Source of the DNA: an uncultured Gemmatimonadales bacterium
GTDB lineage: Bacteria > Gemmatimonadota > Gemmatimonadetes > Gemmatimonadales > GWC2-71-9
Assembly (NCBI GenBank): GCA_963842945.1
Contig: CAWJIM010000002.1
Coordinates: forward strand, 64,001-128,000
Length of the DNA: 64,000 nt
Direction of reading: 5' to 3'
The position numbers and the translations under genes were made by a program. Below, in pieces: positions 10,581 to 19,539 of the stretch; position 1 is the stretch's first letter; every line of letters starts with the position of its first letter. The notes under the pieces were generated by a model. The model saw only the letters and a list, made by a program, of their open reading frames with translations. It had not been told where the DNA came from and did not search any database.

Positions 10581-12485
10581 TTAAGCCTTCTTCTTCTCCC
10601 CCTTACAGTACGCCTTCAGCATGGAATTGATTCTCGGCGTGTACTTCTTGATGATGCCGAGATTCTTGTCCACCGCCTGAGGGTTCACCGAGCGACCAGC
10701 CGTCAGAGCAGAGTCAGCACCGGCCAGCAGCGCCTGCTCCTGCTTGGCGCCATCACACGACTTCTGCTTTTCGGTGACGGGATCGATCTGCGGCACCTGG
10801 AACAGGAGAGCCAAGCCAAGCAGGTAGTTCGCGGCCGGGTGCACCTTTCCAGCCGGATTGGCGGACTGAGCCGAAAGTCGAAGCAGCTGCTCCGCTCCCT
10901 GCAGATCCTGCGGCTGCTGCAGCAGCGGCGCGGCGCCGGTGTATAGCAGAGCGGCCGCCTGTTCCTTCCGCTGGGGATCCCCATGCTTGATGGCGAACTC
11001 GAGGAACGGTACCGCTTCCTTAGGCCGCGGGGTGAATCCGGATGGGTCGCCTCCCGCGGCGCCGCGAGAAACCGAGTCCTTCGCGGCCCCAGTCGGAGCA
11101 GAATCCGGCCGCACCGCCGCAGTGGACCCGGCGGCGGAATCCTTCGGCGCCGCCCGACCGGCGGAGTCCGGCCGTTGGGTACTGGCCTGGTCCGGCGGCA
11201 TGATCAGCGCCTGAGCCGCAGCGAGGGCGGCAATCACGCCGGTTTCCGTCGTGTCTTTGGCAATGATGCGATTGGTGACGGACACGACGCTGTCCGTCTG
11301 GCCGTTCATCATGTACCCCTTGTTCAGATATCCCAACAGCGTTGGGTTGTTGGGATACTTCCGAACGCCGATCTGGGACCACTTGAGCAACCGCACCTTG
11401 TCCGGGTTCTCACCCTCGGAAGCCGCCGCCGAGATCTTGGTAAAGAAGAGCGTATCCGCCTTGGTGGAGTCGGTGGCATACATCGTCTCCAGCGCGTCCA
11501 CCGCACACTTGAAGTCGCCGAGGAACAGGCAAGCGTTGCTCTTGAGGTCGTACAGATCGGCATTGTAGGGATCCAGCTTGAGGCCGGAATCGGCTATCGC
11601 CTTGGCTGTCTCCGGATGTCCGGACTGCAGGAAGTATTTGAACAGCTCCTCCCGCAGCTTCTGGTTCGTCGGCGCCACCCGCAGCATCTGTCCGAATGCC
11701 ACCAGAGTGTTGGCGGTATCATTGGCCTGCTGGTACTGACCGGCCAAAGCGGTCCACACGGGAAGGCTGAGCGGATCTCCCTTGGTGGCGGCTTGCAGGT
11801 GTTTGACGACCTCAGCGCGCGGGGCCTTCTTGTCCGCGGCAATCTGGGCGAGACAGAATTCCGCCAACCCATGATTGGGAAGCGTCTTGACCGCCTTTCC
11901 GGCCGCGTCCTGCGCCTTGTCGGCCTTGGTGGTTCGCTGGTCCACGCAGGCCTTGGCGTCGGGGAGCGCCTTCACCGCCGGCTCCAGAGCCTTGGCGACC
12001 TGTTTCCCAAAGTCTACCGGCGCCTGGCCCTGGCCCTGGGTCAGCGTGACGACGTACCCGGCGTCGTCGTTCACCCCAATCAGGCGGGCGGTCACAGTCG
12101 GCCGGCCATTGTTCGCTTTGGCCAGGGTGCCGGTCACGATAACCCGGGCCTGAATGTTTTTGGCCAGGGTAGTGGCCAGTGGCGGACTCAGAATGGCATC
12201 GATCGGATAGCCGTACTGCTTCAGCGCGTCGTTCATTTGAGTCTGTTCGATCACGGTGAAGTTCCGGCCTACGATGTCTTTGATCTCCTGACGCATCGCG
12301 GTTCCGATTTGCACCGCAGCCCCCGAGTCACCGGGAGCGTAAGCAAACGGGTTCGCGACCATCAGGCGCGGAGCATTCGTCACCGCTTGCGTGGTGCGAG
12401 CACCGCGAGGTATGCCTTGCGCAGCGAGAGGGGCGGACAGCGCAGCCGCAACCGCAGCAAATCCAACGAAACGCGACAGGTACAT
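10581..12485 (-). CDS. Secreted/periplasmic TPR-repeat protein
   Basis: Signal peptide (MYLSRFVGFAAVAAALSAPLAAQ), GGAG RBS, helical TPR-like repeats, low-complexity RPDSA/KDSA insert. Confidence 0.75.
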   Translation of the reverse strand: MYLSRFVGFAAVAAALSAPLAAQGIPRGARTTQAVTNAPRLMVANPFAYAPGDSGAAVQIGTAMRQEIKDIVGRNFTVIEQTQMNDALKQYGYPIDAILSPPLATTLAKNIQARVIVTGTLAKANNGRPTVTARLIGVNDDAGYVVTLTQGQGQAPVDFGKQVAKALEPAVKALPDAKACVDQRTTKADKAQDAAGKAVKTLPNHGLAEFCLAQIAADKKAPRAEVVKHLQAATKGDPLSLPVWTALAGQYQQANDTANTLVAFGQMLRVAPTNQKLREELFKYFLQSGHPETAKAIADSGLKLDPYNADLYDLKSNACLFLGDFKCAVDALETMYATDSTKADTLFFTKISAAASEGENPDKVRLLKWSQIGVRKYPNNPTLLGYLNKGYMMNGQTDSVVSVTNRIIAKDTTETGVIAALAAAQALIMPPDQASTQRPDSAGRAAPKDSAAGSTAAVRPDSAPTGAAKDSVSRGAAGGDPSGFTPRPKEAVPFLEFAIKHGDPQRKEQAAALLYTGAAPLLQQPQDLQGAEQLLRLSAQSANPAGKVHPAANYLLGLALLFQVPQIDPVTEKQKSCDGAKQEQALLAGADSALTAGRSVNPQAVDKNLGIIKKYTPRINSMLKAYCKGEKKKA

Positions 12486-12549
12486 TCTGGATCTCCCCAA
12501 CAAGACGGCCCTCTTGGACCAACACAGTCCCGCCTAATGCGGGGACGAG

Positions 12550-12624
12550 TGGGCGAAGAGGGATTCGAACCCCCGACATCCTGCGTGTAAGGCAGGCGCT
12601 CTGAACCAGCTGAGCTATTCGCCC
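12550..12624 (-). tRNA. tRNA-Val(TAC), CCA not encoded
   Basis: GGGCGAATAGCTCAGCTGGTTCAGAGCGCCTGCCT-TAC-ACGCAGGATGTCGGGGGTTCGAATCCCTCTTCGCCCA. Confidence 0.97.
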
Positions 12625-12695
12625 TGATCGAGCATCACGGCTGCTAAGTTTTTAGCGGTATCGCAGAGACCGTGCCGTGACGAGCAACACCCCGG

Positions 12696-12902
12696 CTACA
12701 AAGCGATGCCGATCGGAAACAGGACGCAATAACCGAAGACCAGGATCACCGCAGCTGCGCTAGGGTGACCGGCTCGAAGTGTCAGATACCCGATTACCAG
12801 CACGAGAACCGCCAGCGCCAGGATGATGAGGTTTCGTGGGGCCAGCACGAAATGCCTGGGCGGAGCCTGCCCCGGACGGGTGGAAGGGCGAGGATTCGAC
12901 AT
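12696..12902 (-). CDS. Small two-TM membrane protein (DUF3098-like)
   Basis: 68 aa: MSNPRP...RNLIILALAVLVLVIGYLTL...AAAVILVFGYCVLFPIGIAL. Confidence 0.6.
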   Translation of the reverse strand: MSNPRPSTRPGQAPPRHFVLAPRNLIILALAVLVLVIGYLTLRAGHPSAAAVILVFGYCVLFPIGIAL

Positions 12903-12918
12903 ATTGAGGATGAGGCTA

Positions 12919-13815
12919 CTACGGTTCCCGGGTTCGGTCAAGTTCAGACGTGGCTGCGTCTTCCGGTGGAATCTCCCATCCTTCATCGAGCGCGGCCCGG
13001 CGCGGCAGGTCGGCAGCGCGACGGCGGCGCAGCAGGATCCAGAGGACCAGCGTGAGGACCCCCCACCCTCCCCCGGCCAGGATCCAGTTGGCCAGGCTGT
13101 ACCGCTGGCGAAGGCTTCGGCGCCATTCGACATCGAATTGAGGGACGGTTAGCCCGGTCGTGCGCTGCACAGCAATCTCGAAGTCCTGGCCCGCTCTAAG
13201 GAGGTCCAGCAGTGGAGTGAGCGAACGGGTGGGATTTCGGCGCGCGAGCTCGGTGACGGCCGAGGCCGCCAGGGCGTACGCGGCATCCGCCGTTGAGGCA
13301 GAGCCTCGAAGCGCCCCATCCAGACCGGGAAGATCGGGCACCGCTCCCCGGACCACGGCCAGGTTCAACTCGAGGCTACCCAGCCGCTCCCATTCGCCCG
13401 CTGCCCAGGCCGCATACCCCTCATCAAACCAGAGCGGGACTCTGACCCGTACAGCCTCATGAAGGGCCAGATGGGCCAGCTCGTGCCGCAAGGTTCGGTA
13501 GACGTCTCCCAGATCGGCCCGAAGGAGCACGATGCGCTCCCCCGGCAACGCCACCGCTGCGCCCCAGCCCGGCGCCCGGCCGGCAGAAAGAGAGTCGAGG
13601 CGTCGTGCATCGGGTACCACAATCAGCCGAAGGGGTCCGGGACTGCGGCGCCCCAGGCCGGGCCACTCAGTTGGCTCGGCCGCCCGGCGAGCGAGATCGG
13701 TAGCCAGCCGCAACTGCTCGGGCCAGGCCACAGCAGTAACGGGTCCAACCCGGATAGCTGTCGGTGGGTTCTGCGCGGGCGTGCCCGCCAGGATACTGAG
13801 TAGGACTAGGAGAGC
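12919..13815 (-). CDS. Gluzincin (peptidase MA-like) metalloprotease with C-terminal TM; start uncertain
   Basis: LRHELAH plus PLWFDEGYA; hydrophobic signal-like stretch LLVLLSILAG in frame upstream of the called ORF start (13731). Confidence 0.75.
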   Translation of the reverse strand, partial: ALLVLLSILAGTPAQNPPTAIRVGPVTAVAWPEQLRLATDLARRAAEPTEWPGLGRRSPGPLRLIVVPDARRLDSLSAGRAPGWGAAVALPGERIVLLRADLGDVYRTLRHELAHLALHEAVRVRVPLWFDEGYAAWAAGEWERLGSLELNLAVVRGAVPDLPGLDGALRGSASTADAAYALAASAVTELARRNPTRSLTPLLDLLRAGQDFEIAVQRTTGLTVPQFDVEWRRSLRQRYSLANWILAGGGWGVLTLVLWILLRRRRAADLPRRAALDEGWEIPPEDAATSELDRTREP

Positions 13816-14672
13816 GGACTGCGCGGGACTTCACCTCCGGCCGATGCAACCTCCAACATTTCCTGACACCGCTTGGCCCAGGGATTGAACTTGTTGGCTT
13901 TGTATCCGTCGGTCCAGACTCGAACGGCGCCTTCCCGCTCTCCGCCCAGCCAGAGAGCGCGACCCAGCTCGAAATAGGCCTCGATGAGGTTGGGGCCGAG
14001 CTTCAGAGTCTTGCGGAGAAAGGTCTGGGCATCTTCGTACATCTCCCGCTCCAGGTACACCAGACCGAGATAATAGTGAGCGTACAAGGTGGCCTTGCGG
14101 TCATTGTCCAGTCGAATGGCTTTGGACAGATGCTCGATGGCCTCCCCGAAGATCCCTTTCTTGAGACAAATATATCCGACGTTGATCCGGGCGAGCGCGT
14201 TGGCCGGTTCCTTCATCAGAACTTTGGAGAAGTTTCCCAGTGCCTCATCGTAGTTCTCGTTCAGCATCTGTGCCCAGCCCAGGAGCGATGTCGCGTGGAC
14301 CGCGCCGGGCGAAAGCGCCAGGGCCTTTTCCAGAGCCTGAATGGCACCACCATAATCGCCCAATGAGATCAGGCTCCAGCCCTTCTCGATATAGGTCGAG
14401 GCCCCCAGGTGGTCGGCGTGAACTGCGGGCCGCTCGCCGGTAAACTGTGGAGCCGCCGTGGCGTCGGCTCCGTTTGCCGTTTGCTTGTAGCGCTCGACCA
14501 GCTCCCGAATGCCTTCCTTGATCTGCCCCAGGTCCGTCAGGGCGCCGTCCACCCGCTTGAACAGAGAGATGATGTCCTTCTTCAGAGTATCCCGTTCACC
14601 ACCCGGTGCGTCCAGGCGGGCGGCCATTTCCGTCAGCTCCGCCTTGAAGGCGGTGAGCCAGGCTTGGGCCAT
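13806..14672 (-). CDS. Coiled-coil + TPR protein
   Basis: N-terminal coiled coil followed by about 5 TPRs (e.g. ARINVGYICLKKGIFGEAIEHLSKAIRLD). Confidence 0.85.
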   Translation of the reverse strand: MAQAWLTAFKAELTEMAARLDAPGGERDTLKKDIISLFKRVDGALTDLGQIKEGIRELVERYKQTANGADATAAPQFTGERPAVHADHLGASTYIEKGWSLISLGDYGGAIQALEKALALSPGAVHATSLLGWAQMLNENYDEALGNFSKVLMKEPANALARINVGYICLKKGIFGEAIEHLSKAIRLDNDRKATLYAHYYLGLVYLEREMYEDAQTFLRKTLKLGPNLIEAYFELGRALWLGGEREGAVRVWTDGYKANKFNPWAKRCQEMLEVASAGGEVPRSPLS

Positions 14673-15137
14673 CTACGCCGCCCCGAGCTCGCTCAGCGCC
14701 AACCGCTCGCTGGAGGAGAGCAGCTTGCGGGCGTTGAGCAGGATGATGGTGCGCTCCGGCCGGGAGATAATTCCGGAGATGTACGCCGCTGCCAGGCCAC
14801 TCACCACCGGGCCGGGCGGCGCGATGGCAGTACTGTCCACCCGCAGCACCTCGCGCACCTCATCTACCAGCACGGCCACCCGCTGCTTCTCCAGCTCCAG
14901 CACCATGACCCGCGTTTCCTCCCGTATCGGTGCATCCAGCTCGAAGCGTTTGCGCAAGTCAATTACGGGTACGGCGGTGTCGCCGTACGGCATCACGCCT
15001 TCGAGGAACTGGGGTGCCTTGGGGAGCGGAGACGGGGGTGAGTAGCGGAGAATACGCTCCACCTGCAGGATGTCGAAGGCGAATTCCTGGCGTCCCACCC
15101 TGAAGGTTACTACCTGCACATCGTCGCCAGTGTTCAT
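14673..15137 (-). CDS. cheW: Chemotaxis coupling protein CheW
   Basis: QVVTFRVGRQEFAFDILQVERI, LPKAPQFLEGV, PVIDLRKRF, LVDEVREV. Confidence 0.93.
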   Translation of the reverse strand: MNTGDDVQVVTFRVGRQEFAFDILQVERILRYSPPSPLPKAPQFLEGVMPYGDTAVPVIDLRKRFELDAPIREETRVMVLELEKQRVAVLVDEVREVLRVDSTAIAPPGPVVSGLAAAYISGIISRPERTIILLNARKLLSSSERLALSELGAA

Positions 15138-15565
15138 GATGCAGAGGCCTCCGTCAAACGTGAGCTCAGCGCGGGCAAGTCGAGCAGCGGCACCAATGTT
15201 TCCGCATGGCGCGCCACTCCCACAGCCCAGGGCAGCGTCTCCCCAGGGGGAACCGGCAGCGCCCGCTCCCGAACCAGCACCTCTGCCTCGTCCACCTCGA
15301 GACAGACGCGGCGGCCGGCAATGTTCACCACTACCCCGACATTTCCAGAGCCGACCGGAGTCGGCCGGCCTTCCAGCAGTGACGCGAGGTGAACCAGCGG
15401 CAGCATGCGGCCATGAAGCGCGACCAGGCCGCGGACGGCGGCCTCCCTGACCGGTACAGGATGGACCTCACTCAATTGGATTACCTCCACCACCTGCTCG
15501 ACCAGGAGGCCTACGCGGCGTTGGCCGACGCGAACCAGAAGAAATCCGCTTGTACGTGCACTCAT
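15134..15565 (-). CDS. cheW: CheW-like protein
   Basis: [36 protein letters not shown]. Confidence 0.85.
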   Translation of the reverse strand: MSARTSGFLLVRVGQRRVGLLVEQVVEVIQLSEVHPVPVREAAVRGLVALHGRMLPLVHLASLLEGRPTPVGSGNVGVVVNIAGRRVCLEVDEAEVLVRERALPVPPGETLPWAVGVARHAETLVPLLDLPALSSRLTEASAS

Positions 15566-16638
15566 TGATGCTTCAACCGGTACAGCTCGGTGGCAATGCG
15601 GTCCGCCATCTGGGCCATGGGCACGACGTACTGAGCTCCTCCGGCGTGGAACGCCGCCCCCGGCATACCATAGATGGTGGCGCTCTCCCGATCCTGAGCC
15701 ATTCCAGTTCCCCCGGCGTCACGAATCTGCCTCAGGCCTTCTGCTCCATCCCGACCGATTCCGGTCAGCACCACGCCGATCGCTCGTGGTCCAAACACCC
15801 GGGCCACGCTTCCGAAGGTGGGATCGGCGGCTGGACGGACGCCCCAGACCGGTGGCTCCTGATCCAGGGCGAGACAGAGCCCGCCGGCTGCTGGACTCAC
15901 CCGCATGTGAAAACCGCCCGGCGCCACATAGGCGGTGTCGGCCAGCAGCGGCATACGGTCTTCTGCTTCGACCACCCTGCAGCGACTCTGTGCGGCCAAC
16001 CGCTCGGCCAGGCTTCTGGTGAACTTGGGCGGCATATGCTGCACGATCAGAATGGCCGCTCCCTGGCCAACCGGCAGGTGAGGCACCAGGAGAGACAAGG
16101 CGCGGGGCCCCCCGGTCGATGCCGCGATGGCCACACACAGTCTTGCCTCACCAGGGGCTTCGACCGCCTGGCCGGCAGGCCAAGTCGGCGGTGGCGCCGC
16201 TGCCTGAGTCAATCGCTTGATGTCGGCGGTCCGGGCGGCGCGCAGGACCGTGATGAGCCGGTCGGCGAAGCGGGCGTTGGCGGCCACACCGCGATCGTCC
16301 TCTTTGACCACCAGATCGATGGCACCCAACTCGAGCGCGCGGATCGCAGCCGAGGCGCCCGGCCCGACGTGAGCGCTGACCACGACGATGGGCCGCGGTG
16401 ACTCCGCCATGATGTACCCGATCGCGCCGAGCCCGTCGACTTCCGGCATTTCCAGATCCATCAGCACGAGGTCTGGAGCGTGCGCCCGAACCTTCCGTAG
16501 CGCATCCATGCCATCGCGCGCGGTGGCCACGACCCGGAACTCGCCGGACCCCTCTACCACGTCGGTGAGAAGTCGCCGGAAGAATGGACTATCGTCCACC
16601 ACGAGGACCCGGCCGGGATCAGAGGTGCCGGACGCCAT
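15562..16638 (-). CDS. cheB: Protein-glutamate methylesterase CheB (REC + CheB)
   Basis: [39 protein letters not shown]. Confidence 0.96.
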   Translation of the reverse strand: MASGTSDPGRVLVVDDSPFFRRLLTDVVEGSGEFRVVATARDGMDALRKVRAHAPDLVLMDLEMPEVDGLGAIGYIMAESPRPIVVVSAHVGPGASAAIRALELGAIDLVVKEDDRGVAANARFADRLITVLRAARTADIKRLTQAAAPPPTWPAGQAVEAPGEARLCVAIAASTGGPRALSLLVPHLPVGQGAAILIVQHMPPKFTRSLAERLAAQSRCRVVEAEDRMPLLADTAYVAPGGFHMRVSPAAGGLCLALDQEPPVWGVRPAADPTFGSVARVFGPRAIGVVLTGIGRDGAEGLRQIRDAGGTGMAQDRESATIYGMPGAAFHAGGAQYVVPMAQMADRIATELYRLKHQ

Positions 16639-17107
16639 GCGCCACCGTGCTCACCTCGACCAGGCCATCGGCCACCCGCAGCCGCACCGTTCGGCCGAAA
16701 TCGCCTCCAACAGCTTCCCCAACCAACGGCAGGTTGTGCGACATGAGTGCCTGGCGCGTCGCGGCCAGATTGCGCTCGCCCATCTGAATGGTGCCGGGCG
16801 GAGCCAGTGCCGCGAACATGCTGGCGCCTCCGGCCAACCGGGCCGTGATGCGCCGGGGCTGAGCTCCCTTGGCCGACATCAGGTGCAGCAGCCGGGGTAC
16901 AGCTGATTGAGGGAACCGGGCCGGATTGCCGTCATCCCGGGCCAACGCCGGCGAGGGGAGAAGCACGTGCGCCAATCCGCCCACCCTGGCCTCGGCGTCG
17001 TGCAGAACGATGGCGACGCAGCTCCCCAGTCCGACCGTCAGGAGCGTGTCCTCCCCTTGCCCGACGCCCAGATCCGCTACCCGGACCACCACCTCACGGC
17101 CGCTCAC
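16619..17107 (-). CDS. cheD: Chemoreceptor glutamine deamidase CheD
   Basis: [41 protein letters not shown] start overlaps the cheR stop. Confidence 0.94.
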   Translation of the reverse strand: MSGREVVVRVADLGVGQGEDTLLTVGLGSCVAIVLHDAEARVGGLAHVLLPSPALARDDGNPARFPQSAVPRLLHLMSAKGAQPRRITARLAGGASMFAALAPPGTIQMGERNLAATRQALMSHNLPLVGEAVGGDFGRTVRLRVADGLVEVSTVAHGVRHL

Positions 17108-17925
17108 GCTGCCCGCCGGTAGATTCGCTCGCGCGCGTCCAACAGTGTCAGCAGGTCTCGGGCTCGTCCCGACAGCGATTCCACCTTGCCCAGAACCAGG
17201 AACCCTCCGGGCGCCAGCGCCTCGGCAAAGTCGAGAAAGACCCGCTCCTGCATGGCTCGGCCGAAGTAGATGACCACATTCCGGCAGAAAATCAGCTGAT
17301 AACTGCGTCGAGGAGCCGGATCGATGCAAAGATCGGAGGCCCGAACCACCACCCTGCGACGGACCCGCTCGATCACCCGGTACTCGGAACCCCGCTCTTC
17401 GAAGTACCGGCGGGCCAGCGACGCCGGCACGTCAGCGAGAGCCTCGCGGGGATATCGAGCTTCGTGCGCCCGGGCCAGACACTGGGCGTCGACGTCGGTC
17501 GCGTCCACCGTCACCCGATCGAGGTGCTCTCCTCTGCCCTGCTGATCCAGGAATTCGGCCATCAGCGTGGCGAGGGTGTACGCTTCTTCCCCGGAGGAGC
17601 ACCCTGCACTCCATGCCCGCACCGCGGACCAAGTTCCGCTGAACAGTTCGGGGAGGACTCGATTGCGCACCAGATTCCAGGTTTCGGCGTTGCGATAAAA
17701 GCTGGTGACGTTGATCGTGATCGTGGCCTTGAGCCGGGCAGCTTCCGCGGAATCCCGCTCGAGCAGCTCCTGGTATTCCCCGTAGCTCTGTACCCCGCAC
17801 GCGCGCATGCGAACCGCTATGCGCCGCCGGAGACACTTGTCCTTGTAGCCATCGAGCGAGAGCCCGGTGTGGCGGGAGATCCTGCCGATCAGGTCGAGAA
17901 ATGCTTCCTCATCCGGCGGCGTCAT
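17104..17925 (-). CDS. cheR: Chemotaxis methyltransferase CheR
   Basis: TINVTSFYRN, WSAGCSSGEEAYT, ATDVD, IFCRNVVIYF, LGKVE. Confidence 0.96.
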   Translation of the reverse strand: MTPPDEEAFLDLIGRISRHTGLSLDGYKDKCLRRRIAVRMRACGVQSYGEYQELLERDSAEAARLKATITINVTSFYRNAETWNLVRNRVLPELFSGTWSAVRAWSAGCSSGEEAYTLATLMAEFLDQQGRGEHLDRVTVDATDVDAQCLARAHEARYPREALADVPASLARRYFEERGSEYRVIERVRRRVVVRASDLCIDPAPRRSYQLIFCRNVVIYFGRAMQERVFLDFAEALAPGGFLVLGKVESLSGRARDLLTLLDARERIYRRAA

Positions 17926-19539
17926 CGGGAGAGGTCCAGCATTTCCAGGTTGGCCCGAGCCAGCTGATGCCCCGGATTGAGCGCGGTGGCCTGGGCCCAG
18001 CTTTCCCGGGCTCGCGCCAGATCGCGCCGTTTGTAGGCGATGTTCCCCAGCTTGAAATAGAGGTCGTCTCCGAGCCCGGGGTTCAGCTTGGCCGCCCGTT
18101 CGTAGGCCTCGCCCGCTTCGTCGTAGCGTCCGGTGCGGTAGAGAATGTCGCCCAGGTTCTTGGAGACCTGCGGCAGTGCGGCATCTTCCGCCAGGGCGGA
18201 GCGAAGCATCGCCTCAGCCGCCTGCGTATCACCGCTGGCCTCCAGGAGCACGGCCAGATTGTTCTGGAGAACCGGATTGTTCGGGTAGGCCTCGACCCCC
18301 TGCCGGGCGATCCGCAAAGCGTTTTCCGTATCGTCCTGTCCGACCGCCGCCAGAGGCGGCCGCCCAATACCACAGCGCCGGCACCGGCTTCCCCTGCATC
18401 AGCTCGCAGGCCTGGGCCAGGCGCGACTGGGCCACCTTGTTGTCTCCCCGCTTCAGTGCCACGATGCTCCAGCCCAGCATGATCCGGGCGTCGTCCTTGG
18501 CTCGCCCGGCGGCGTCTCCGTAGGCCGCCTCGGCCTCATCCAACCGGCCCAGCTGCTCCAGCGCAAAGCCGAGATTATGCAGAGCAGCCGGCCGGGGAAC
18601 TCCGGCTTCGGCCGCCTGACGTAGCGCCAGAGCGGCCTCGTCCCAGCACGCCTGGCGGATGGCGATCAAACCCAGGAACAACGGGGCTCGGCTGTCGGCC
18701 GGACGCAGCTCGACCACCCGCCTGAACTCCCGCAAGGCCTCCTCCAGCATGCCTGCCTTGTAGAACGCAATCCCCAGGTTCCGGTGCTCGTCGACTCGGT
18801 TATCGTTGACCTTTGGAGGCGCCGCCTTGGAGGTTCCCGTCCGATGAGCAAACCCGGCGGTGATCAGACCGAACAGCGCCTTCCCGACCTCGAATTCCAC
18901 CAGCCCGGATGCATCGATCAATTGCCGCACATCGCGGGTCCCGTCGACCAACGGGAGCAGACGCCGCTGCTCGGCGGACAGCGTGGGTCCTGACTCTGCG
19001 ATGTGGTGCTGGTCGACCGAAAAGATCAGATCGAAAGAGGGGATCTTCTTCTCGATCAGGCTCCATTCATCGACCCGACGGGCCCCTTCCAACAGCAGGG
19101 CCTCGGGACTGATTCGAACCAGAAAGTCTTCCCGCTCCGGTTTCACGCCGGCCTCGAAGTTGAAAGTCCCCGAGGTCCAGGTGAACAGGTAGTACACCGC
19201 CTCTTCGATCTGGAGGCGTATGTAGTCCTCCAGCTCGGCCCGGGTCAGCATGCCGAGCCCTACCAGTATTTCTCCCAGCTTGTGCTGCCGGTCTTCGTCC
19301 TGAGCATCGATCGCCTGCTGCAGCTGCGCGGCACTGATGCGCCCCTTGCGAAGCAGGATATCGCCCAGCCGGTCCCGCCGATTGACGATGGAGGCGTAGA
19401 CGATCTGCCCCTCGTCGAGGTAGATCGTGCCGAAATTGTGCTGATCGGCGAGGGCCAGACAGCCGGTCCGCCGGCCGAGGAAGAGCAGCTGGATGACATC
19501 CGGGAGACTGGCCTCCTTGAGGCTGCCTTTGATGGCCAT
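17922..19539 (-). CDS. DUF4388 + MshEN-like motif + TPR protein; one frameshift near 18350
   Basis: [19 protein letters not shown]...W.SGTFNF...LLLEGARRVDE (DUF4388 pattern); TPRs continue in ORF 17922..18317. Confidence 0.85.
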
